From positions 224,936,001-225,000,000 of the forward strand of contig OZ024743.1 of NCBI GenBank assembly GCA_964016885.1: a DNA stretch of 64,000 nt, written 5' to 3'. Numbering within the stretch: position 1 is the first letter of the stretch; every line of letters begins with the position of its first letter. The notes beneath the pieces were generated by a model. That model made no database searches, was not told the origin of the DNA, and saw only the letters and a program-made list of their open reading frames with translations. This stretch comes from Eledone cirrhosa. Its lineage: Eukaryota. A program made the position numbers and the translations under genes. Shown here piece after piece: positions 54,982-64,000 of the stretch.

Positions 54982-56897
54982 TTGGAATCTATAAACTTTG
55001 AAGCTTCTGAGATTATGTCAAAACTTGGTATTGAAAAAAAGACCAAACCATTACTCCCAAGAACTCCGAGGATAAATCTCAAGGATCATAAAAGTAATTT
55101 TCGAACGGAACTACCTGTTAGACTAATCGCCCCCTCTAAATCAGATCTGGGGGTTGTTAGTAAAGCCATCTTGGATAGAACTATCCCAGAGGTTCGTTCT
55201 AATTGCTCTATTTCTAACTTAAATTTATGGTTTGGTACATCTGAAGTGATTGGCTGGTTCAACAACCTGAATAAGAAAAACAAACAAAAATTTATTCAAT
55301 TTGATATTGCCAGCTACTATTCTTCTACTTCGCCTTCACTTCTCAACAATGCTCTATCTTTCGCTTTTAAATATTCTGACATCACCACAGATGAACTTCA
55401 CATCATTCTCACCGCAAGAAAAACCATCTTAGAATTCAACAATGAATACTGGACTAGAGCTGATACTTCCAACAACTTTGATATCACAATGGGTGCTTCC
55501 GATTCATCGCAATTGACTGATTTGATTGGTATTTTTATTTTGAATTCTTTAAATCGGAAAATTCCTCAACTTCGCGGTGGAATTTATCGTGACGATGGAC
55601 TTTTTACTATCTTAAATTGCAATTTAGTCAACCTTAATATTATTAAGAACAATATACGTGATCTCTTTAAGCAACATAACCTTAAAATCGAATTTGATAA
55701 CAACGTCAAACTAGCTAACTTCTTGGATATATAATCTTGACACTGGCTTATATTACCCTTACCATAAAAACAATGAGAATCTAAATTATGTTAATTTTAA
55801 ATCTAACCACCGCACTAACATTAAAAATGCTATAGTTAGTAATATTGGAAAAAGAATATCAAACCTATTCTCTAATAAAAATATCTTTGATGCTAACTCC
55901 AATTACTATAATAATGCGTTTTCTAAAGCCGGTTATCCTGATAAAATTAAATACAGCAAAGAAACCAATCCTAGAAGGTCTTACAGTAAAATAATTAATT
56001 ATGATCATTCCAATAACTTAAATAAAAGACCTAGATACAAAAATATAATCTGGTATAATGCTCCTTTCTCTATTTCTATTAATAATAATATTCCTAAACT
56101 ATTCTTTAGGGCCTTAGATAAATGCTCCCCCCCCCCCCCTCACATATCTATAGTAAAATATTTAACAAACATACAATAAAATGTTCCTATTCCACCTCCT
56201 CCAACATCAACATTATCTCTAAACACAATAAAATATTAAATCACATCCTTCCAACACTGAGTGTCATAATAATAGCAGTAGTACTCCCGACGTTATTGTT
56301 AACTCTAGGCTAGATTCTGCAAACTCAAATACGACATCAAACGTAACTTCGTTAAATATTCATAATACCAATCTAAATCAGGAAACTATTATTCCTATCG
56401 TACATAACTTCTCCAATCCCTCCTATAAATAACACTAGGTCACTTGTTAATAACTCTGTTAATTTCTCTAATCGCAATTGCCCTGTTAAAACTAAATGTC
56501 CTCTCAATAACCATTATCTTGAAAAAAACCTAGTCTATGAATGTAAGGTTATAACTGATACCAATTCCTTTACCTATTTCGGTTCCACTTCCACCTCCTT
56601 CAAAGCAAGATTTTATAATCACAATTCGTCTTTTAGATACCAACTTAAAAGAACACGGCACTCTCAGAACTCATATGGTCCTTGAAAAACAAAAATATTA
56701 ACTACAACATCTCTTGGAGGAAAGTTTGTTCTGCTTCACCCTACTTGAATGCCTCCCTATCCAGAACGTGTAATCTTTGCCTATCTGAGAAATTTACCAT
56801 TATATCTAATTTAGATTATATAATAAATAGACGCACTGCTTTATTTTCTCTCTGCTTTCATAAATTCCACAGAACATTCCATAAAGTATACAGCTAA
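54982..56897 (+). pseudogene. PLE RT-GIY-YIG ORF, frameshifted
   Basis: LKDHKSNF..VRLIAPSKSDLG, QFDIASYY, YRDDGL, IIWYNAPFS, LVYEC..YFGSTSTSFKAR, CNLCLSEK. Confidence 0.88.
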
Positions 56898-57575
56898 TAT
56901 CTAATACTTTACTAGTTTAAAATCCTTTTTCTCAAAGGCTTATATATATATATATATATTTTTTTTAATATACCTATCTTTCTACCTTATTTCAATATTA
57001 TTTATTATATATTATATAATACAAGTTACTCATTCTATATTATTCCTCTTTATCACTTTCCTTTCTTCCTCTTTTCTTTTTAATTTCTAACCTCTAATCT
57101 GTACTTTTTCTTCTTAACCACTTCTCGATTCTTATTATTACTCACCACAACATATCCACTCTTTCATCTTTCTTCATATCATTGGCCATAAAAATTATTA
57201 TTATCTTTTAAATACATTATAGTATTACCTTTAATAGTCCTTCGTAAACAAACATTTTTTGACGTTAGATTTTTCTTCCTTAAGTTCCTTATCTCTTCCT
57301 TTCATGCTCGTTTGACTTTTACATATTACAATACATAAAAACAAACTTAAACCCTAACTAATTTCCTTTAATATATTATATTATTACCATTAGAAAATAT
57401 TTCGTAAACATATATATTTTGATGTTAGATATTTTGATATAAGAAGCAAAGAAGATTTCAGTGATACGAAAGATTTCCTGGTGGAAGTTCAGGTATACTC
57501 CGGGTTGGTATTCAGTTTCGGGGTGAAAATCCAATTTGAAAATCCGTCCCTTCTATCTATCTTATTTCTCATTCT

Positions 57576-57613
57576 GTCTTCTGATGAGGGACTAGCATCC
57601 GAAATGTTAAGAC
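57576..57613 (+). ncRNA. Minimal hammerhead-like motif in island 57430-57700
   Basis: gtctt-CTGATGA-g-gga-ctagca-tcc-GAAA-tg-TT-aagac; tg is probably a decayed CpG of palindrome aacgtt. Confidence 0.6.
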
Positions 57614-58595
57614 CCTCTTCCTGCTATTTCAAGCGTTAACCTAATATATTCCTTCCATATACTATACCGATAGTGTTGTTATTTCTGTTTACCTTTTACA
57701 TATATATATATATATATATCTTGTCAATATATATATGCAGAGGATGTAAGCACAGTAAAAATTAATTGCTTTAGTTTGTGTCTGTGTTTATGATCCATAA
57801 CTTAGAGGTTTGACAAAAAAAAAAGAGATCAATAAAATAACTACTGGGAGTTGATATGATCAACTAAAACCCCTTTGAGATAATACAACAGCATGGCAAC
57901 AGTCAATTGACTGAAACCAGTAAAAGAATAAATAATATTTCCTCTCTGAATGCTGTCATTTTTAAACTATCAAAATTTACATTCTAAAAATATCTTCTGT
58001 TTCTATAAAACTAAACCATCTATATATAAATTTGAGCAACTTCTGTCTGTCACACAATGTGTGTGGGTGTTTGTGTTAATGTATGTGTGTGTTAAAGGAA
58101 AGAAGGGGATGGTGAAAAAGCTATAGCAAAATAGCGGCTGGCATTCCATTTGCTACGCTGTGTGTGAATGTATGTCTGTGAGTGTGTATTTTATAAGTGT
58201 GTCTGTGTTTGTGCATTTATATTTATATACTCATACATATAAATGTATGCGTATGTCCATACACATACATGTTGCAAAAAATTCTAGTCATAGAAAACTT
58301 CTGACTAAAATACAGCAGAGAGAGTTGATTATTGCCAAGCATGTGGATGTTAAGTAGATACAATATACAATTTATTCTGCAATAATCAGATACAAACTTC
58401 AAACAATATATTTTCTTTTGTATTTAGTTTCTTTCATTCCAGACAAAATGTTATAAAACCATTTGTCAATTTGGCTCCAAATATTACAAATAAAAGAAAA
58501 GGCAAAGAATACAACAAATAAATATATATATATATACATATTTAATATTTAATCAATATTTTTCTTTACAGTGTATATATATATATGTATATATA

Positions 58596-59555
58596 TATGA
58601 ACAACCCAACTTCAGAATTTTTCCCCCTCTATAAATTTAAAGACAACGCTACCCACAATCTATGCATTAGCAAAGAATCATACTTTATCACAAGATACGA
58701 ACTCCATTTAAATGCATCCCGACAGGCGAAACTGCAACAAGCACCCAACAATAACACCAAATTAAGAATGACAGTATTTCCTACAGAAATACTAAGAAAG
58801 ATAGATATATTTAGAAACAATCACTTCTTCAGGTCAATTTTAGGTCATTCTACCATTTAAGGTCAGTCCCAAGGACAGCTTCTATTACTACTACTAATAA
58901 TAATTGTTTTTATTTTTGGCACAAGGCCAGCAATTGCCCAGTGCATTACTGGTACTTTATTTTATCGACCCCGTAAGGCAAAGTTAACATCGGCGGGATT
59001 TGAACTCAGAATGGCAAGGGCCGTAACTCTATGCTGGAAAGCATGATGTCCGACCCTCTACCGATACTGCCAATCCACCAATAATATTACTACCACACCT
59101 CCCTGTCGTCTCCTTCTGCTTCTCCTCTTCCATCTTTTCCTTACCCCTTTACTATACCCCTATTATTACTACCACACCTTCTTCCTCTTCTCCTCCATCT
59201 ACTACTACTACTGCAATTGTAGCCAACAGCTAGTCAGACAGTAAAAGGGACAAGCCAACTTCTATTTTAGCTACTACTACCACCAAACCAACAATGAAGA
59301 GAGAGAGAGAGAGAAAGAGATAACGAAAATGTGAACTTTTTTATATATATGTAAACTATGTTCTCTAATACACTTTTCTAATTAATATACACCTTAATTT
59401 TATTATATACTTCTTATCCTATTTCCTGTAGCATGAAGAAGCCAAAACAATTATCGGCTGAAACTGGTACGATAAATTACTTTTAAAAAAAATATTTTGC
59501 TGTTATTCTGAGAAAATCCTATTAGCATTTTCTACTTTCTTCTTATTTTCCTTAT
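58596..59555 (+). mobile_element. Old Penelope-like 3' remnant
   Basis: FFPLYKF...KESYFITRYELHLN resembles a GIY-YIG C-terminus; decayed core aTGAAGA-agcc...ggct-GAAA-ctgg-TA at ~59432-59470. Confidence 0.5.
58900..59080 (-). mobile_element. tRNA-derived SINE (same family as 43822 and 54281)
   Basis: Colinear homology with those copies. Confidence 0.82.
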
Positions 59556-59561
59556 ATATAT

Positions 59562-59743
59562 AGTTTTAATATAGATGAGATTCTACAGGACTAGAATTGT
59601 TTCATTCTTTAGATTCCTGATGATTTCTAAAGAATGAAACAGTTCTAGTCCTGTAGAATCTCATCTATATTAAAACTTTTATACTCTGCAATGTATTGAG
59701 TACCTTACTTACTGTGGTTACCTCCGACTCAACCCGTAATAAC
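59562..59743 (+). mobile_element. 182-bp hammerhead fold-back mini-element (H4)
   Basis: 59562-59613 is the inverse of 59626-59677, followed by a 66-bp extension; TA-rich flanks. Confidence 0.78.
59611..59661 (+). ncRNA. Type I hammerhead ribozyme
   Basis: agattc-CTGATGA-t-ttc-taaa-gaa-t-GAAA-cag-ttctagtc-ctg-TA-gaatct. Confidence 0.78.
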
Positions 59744-59783
<40 letters not shown>

Positions 59784-59864
59784 GTGTGTGTGTATATATG
59801 TACATATATATAAATATATGTGTGTGTATATATATATATATGTACATATATATATAAATATATA

Positions 59865-59915
<51 letters not shown>

Positions 59916-59942
59916 ATATATATATATATATAAATATATATA

Positions 59943-60038
<96 letters not shown>

Positions 60039-60048
60039 AATATATATA

Positions 60049-60113
<65 letters not shown>

Positions 60114-60469
60114 ATATAGTAAACAACAATATTGGTGAAATATTAAACCATTATAAGTTAAAAGAATAGAATATTAACATCATCATCATTGTATTTATTA
60201 TTCTGAAGAATTCAATATAGAAATAAAAGTAGACATGAAATATAGAGAATGTAATCATGGACTCTACAATGAAAACAAAGAAAAAGCAGCAATCATGATA
60301 ATGTATAAGAATGATGGAAATTTTTCAGACCTATATTAACTCCCTCTCCTTAGTGGTGGTGGCATCATCATGATTGTTATCATTATCACCTTCATCATCG
60401 TTATTGTTGCCATCCTTACGACCCCTGCCACCATCATCATAGTCATCATCATTGACATCTTCTTCCTCC

Positions 60470-60720
60470 TCCTCATCATCATCATCACAATCATCACTTT
60501 ATGTCATGAGTTGGATGGGTTGCTAAGGTCTTAGCTTAGATAGGTTGAGTGATGAATGGCAGTAGGGTTGTTCACACAGTTTTAGGCATGATTTCTACAG
60601 CTGGATGTTCCTCCTAATGCCAGCCACTTTACAGACTGTACTGGGTACATTTTATTGTGGCACCAGTGCTATCTATACAGATTGCATTTGTTCATGGCAT
60701 GAGCACTACTGCTACAGAAT
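60470..60720 (-). mobile_element. Old SINE/RTE 3' end carrying the shared ggaagggcatccagctgtagaaa-type block
   Basis: (CAT)n tail; tttctacagctggatgttcctcctaatgccagccactttacag. Confidence 0.65.
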
Positions 60721-60908
60721 GTGCTAGGTAGATTTTAATTGAAATAAGAATCCTGTAAAATGAGTAGTTTTGCTTCATAGAAGCAAAACAGATTTTGAAC
60801 AGGGTAGTTTTTATGTCATTCTCTCATGAGTGTAAAATAATGTTCTAAATAACCTGTCCAATAATATGATGAAATTTTGTGAAAATGTCAATATAGCTTA
60901 GTACTTAC

Positions 60909-60990
60909 CACAGAGCTGAAGAACTGCAGCATCTCTTTTATTGTCTGTGCCCATCGCCTGAGATTTTAACCGCTTATAAGCGGCGTTTGT
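60909..60990 (-). CDS. Probable internal coding exon of an unidentified host gene (TNAAYKRLKSQAMGTDNKRDAAVLQLC, phase 0 to 1)
   Basis: Acceptor tgttttctctttctctgcAG and donor TG|GTAAGT; only one frame is open; GC-richer than its flanks. Confidence 0.75.
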
Positions 60991-61439
60991 CTGCAGAGAA
61001 AGAGAAAACAATTGAAAAATTAGAAAACTTACTATGACAAAATGTCTAATATGGTAATCTTATAAAAATTCTTTTAAACAAAGGTTATGTCAACATTCTC
61101 TCTACTCTTAACAGCCTGTAATGATTTAGCAAAAAATGTCTAAAAATGGGTTTGTTAATTATAATGCTCTTAGTATCTTTTACTGGTAAGCCAATCATTG
61201 TGATGCAGCCATAGTGCTGTTTTGAACTTTCTAAGAATGTTTTGTTAATGTAGTTTCATTATGATTTATGATATAGTTACAGTAATCAGTATTTATTTAC
61301 AGTAGCTATACTAGGAATTATATCATATATATCATAGTTTAGCTATAATAGGACATGCTCTGGTTAAAATATAAATAAGAAATTGATAAGATATATGCAT
61401 GATCTCCAAATTGAGAGATCACAGCTCCGATACTATGAG

Positions 61440-61695
61440 CATATGGTTAGAATGTCTCAGGAAAGAATCGCTGGACAGATTTGACAGGCAAAAACCAACT
61501 GGCAAGAGACCCAGGGGTAGACACCGAGCAAGATGGTTGGATAACATCCATGAACTTGGCTGGTCAGGCTTGGGGATCCAGCCAGATCAGTTGGAGATGG
61601 TTACTTCTGATGGAACCCACTGGAAAGAGTGTTTGAGGACTCTGCCCCCATGACCCTCTCAGGAATAAGTGGGAGGAGGAGAAGAAGACAAATGA
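61440..61695 (+). mobile_element. Old RTE (Rex3/Expander-like) 3' fragment
   Basis: PTGKRPRGRHRARWLDNIHELGWSGLGIQP...WKECLRTLPP. Confidence 0.75.
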
Positions 61696-61913
61696 TAAGC
61701 ATGATTACTGTATATTCCAGATATTGAATACACGATGTGGTTACTTAACCTGATGGAGATAGCATCTAAAACTCCCATAAATTGCACCCTAACATCTTTG
61801 GACAGTAAGGATATATTGGATAATGTAAATAAGAAAAGATATGGCCTGGTAATAGCTGGTATGTCTCTGATCATAGGTTTTCTCAATCAGGGGTGACCTA
61901 GAGCTAACCAACC

Positions 61914-61959
61914 ATCTCTATATGTCTATACTATTGACATAGTATAGACATATAGAGAT
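61914..61959. repeat. Perfect hairpin with 21-bp arms
   Basis: atctctatatgtctatactat-tgac-atagtatagacatatagagat. Confidence 0.9.
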
Positions 61960-61976
61960 ATATATAAACATTGTGT

Positions 61977-62746
61977 AATCCTTTTAATACCAATCAGCCT
62001 GAAACTGTTCCTTGATCTACAGTATAAAACTGTTTATTTTAAAGTGTTCATATTTATCTAAAAACCTTCCATCATAATTTATGTAAGAACCGTACAAACA
62101 CCAGTTTAATAATGAGAAAGTTAGATATATTATTAAATCCCTTCCAAACACTTGATTATTTTCAAAATTATTTGGAAACTATAGGCATTGTATTTCATTA
62201 GAAATATGGTAATGAAAGGGCTAATAGTGGGCTTAGATTTATTTCATTTTTCTTTTACCAGATCTTGGTCACAATATATATTCATATGTTTAGGTCAATG
62301 TTATAATAGAGTATATAACTTATGGTGTTGTTGATGTTTTTATTATTTAGCCCCAAGTCATCCCTGGTTGAGCAGACCTCTAATCTAAGACATTCCAGCC
62401 AAGACTATCTCATCTTTTTTCAGACATAATATATCAAGGATTACACCATCCAATAAAGGCGTCCCCATTTAGGTGAATGATGTCAATTTTCAGTAGTGTA
62501 AATAATGTGTTTAGACTTGGGTTGAAATCAAGTATATGGAATATTTAGGTTTCAGTTAAGACCGTATTTCTAATAGAATATACTCTATTTCAATTAATTA
62601 ATGTAGTTACTAAGATAGTAACTTAAGAAATGGTACTTATATATTATGCTGGAAGATTTTAATTTAAGTATGAACCCTTTAAAATGTGTGGCTTTGTTTC
62701 ATAGAACCAGAGCCCGTCTTGGCCAGGTTGGTACCAAAAGGGTTAA
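61977..62746. mobile_element. Decayed TTAA/CCCTTT-ended MITE-like remnants (61977-62224, 62670-62746)
   Basis: Ends taatcctttt...gaaagggctaa and gaacccttt...aaaagggttaa; 61977-62030 is loosely inverse to 62695-62746. Confidence 0.45.
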
Positions 62747-63149
62747 GTTTGCACGAATAAAAATGTAAATATCTAAAATATATAACATCAGAAGGCAATC
62801 AGAGATTCATTAGGTTAATTTCAGTGTGAATAACAGAAGAGGAAACTAATAGTTTGATTAAACTTTTAGCATTTATATTACTCTATATTTACTATTATAT
62901 TTTCACGGCAAAGGCTTTATCTCACATAATATCAAAGCTATGAGATTTTGATGTTATTTATTTTGAGAACAATACCTTAACATTGGTATGAGCAGCCAAT
63001 CATAGCTGGTTTGGACAGAAAGGGCGTAGAAAATTCTGACCAAATATGGCCATTTTAAACAAGTAAACTAGAAAACCAACCATAATTAGGTAAAATTAAT
63101 TGTAATGAAAATTATATAAATATGAAATATAATTAGCAAGTCACTCATT

Positions 63150-63445
63150 TAGGCCATCATGTGTTGCAACACTTTCTCAGATGCCAACTACATTGCTTCA
63201 GCAACAAACCTGGATGCTGCTGCCCACAAAGCAGAGTAGAGTAAAGTGACTAAATACCAGACTGGTTTCTTTTTGTACCCATTGCCATTGAGAGCTCCAG
63301 TGTCCTCAGTCCTTCAACTGCCATTATCTTCCACCAAATCAGGTGCTGAGCATCATACTTGAGGAAGGAGTCATGTAAGGTGGAATGGCTGATGAAGCAG
63401 TTACCACTCACTGTTTTCCAAGGCAATAATTTTCCCATCTTGTAC
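63150..63445 (+). pseudogene. Decayed restriction-like endonuclease domain of a CRE-like non-LTR element
   Basis: Across a frameshift: AAAHKAE*SKVTKY...FVPIAIESSSVLSP...EWLMKQLPLTVFQGNNFPIL, resembling CRE RLE C-termini. Confidence 0.6.
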
Positions 63446-64000
63446 GAGGGATTCAGATGAGATATACCATTCAACCAAGTGAGCAGAGTTTGCCCCTTTT
63501 TTAGAGTTTCTTCCTACTTTTTTCTTTTCTTTTGTCATTATGATATTGTAAATAAACACACTTTGTTTGAATTAGTAATGATCCTCTAAGTAAACATGAA
63601 CATCAAAGGAACATCTAACAAAACATGTCAGCTTTTATTAAAGCTAAGTTGTCTTTTATATTAGAAAATTAAATAATCTTCAAAGATGGCCTCTTCAAGA
63701 TTTGAGAGGATCAAATACTCTTTAAGCCACCGAATCTTTTACTAAAAAAATGCATCCAATGTAGTGGAAAATCTATTATTCTACAGACATTTAGAAAATC
63801 TTTAGCTCACTGTATTAGCATCAATAGCTTGTAGTCACAAGAAAACATAAATTTCAGTGTTTCTCCTTTTAACTTTCATATCCCTCATTTATTTATTTTG
63901 TTTATCTAATTAATTTAAACGTCCGTATAGAACTAGTAAGCCATTACAGACTAGGAAAAGTATCTCATACTTCTTACATTTGAGAAACAAAAAAAAAAAA

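Larger units (their letters stand above)
54188..57425 (+). mobile_element. PLE-2-family element with long inverted 5' arm (hammerhead at 54528-54594, minus)
   Basis: 54188-54970 is the inverse of the PLE-2 3'UTR (cf. 10510-10970). RT and GIY-YIG follow; 3'UTR truncated. Confidence 0.88.

Noticed and set aside
61659-61886. Possible second host exon
   Set aside because: No convincing acceptor/donor pair and no recognisable protein motif.
63250-63474. Minus-strand 74-aa ORF as a host exon
   Set aside because: The opposite strand matches a decayed CRE-like endonuclease domain.
63660-63760. Possible minus-strand exon (KIRWLKEYLILSNLEEAIFEDY)
   Set aside because: Weak acceptor and no donor before a stop codon.

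Overview
Eukaryotic, repeat-saturated DNA. The repeat families and (TA)n load suggest an octopod cephalopod (inference). About 14-15 kb is interrupted (TA)n microsatellite, which produces all the YI/IY-rich 'ORFs'. Embedded in it are non-LTR retroelements: several RTE families (one nearly full-length copy with a 5x ~603-bp tandem array at its 5' end), an RTE-BovB-like element interrupted by an L1/Tx1 element, CR1 and CRE fragments, tRNA-derived SINEs and bipartite RTE derivatives. There are also two Penelope-like (RT + GIY-YIG) families. The only host-gene signal is one 82-bp minus-strand exon (60909-60990), so the window is probably one giant intron. The main hidden signal is about 15 type I hammerhead-ribozyme motifs from roughly 11-12 distinct sequence families. 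Some have complete stems and two use the U3-A8 core covariant. Many sit in tail-out fold-back insertions flanked by (TA)n, including non-coding mini-elements of 130-530 bp. These share an architecture suggesting twin priming on (TA)n targets. Two RTE families also appear to have captured a SINE 3' half as their 3'UTR. All structures were folded by eye; nothing was computed or searched.
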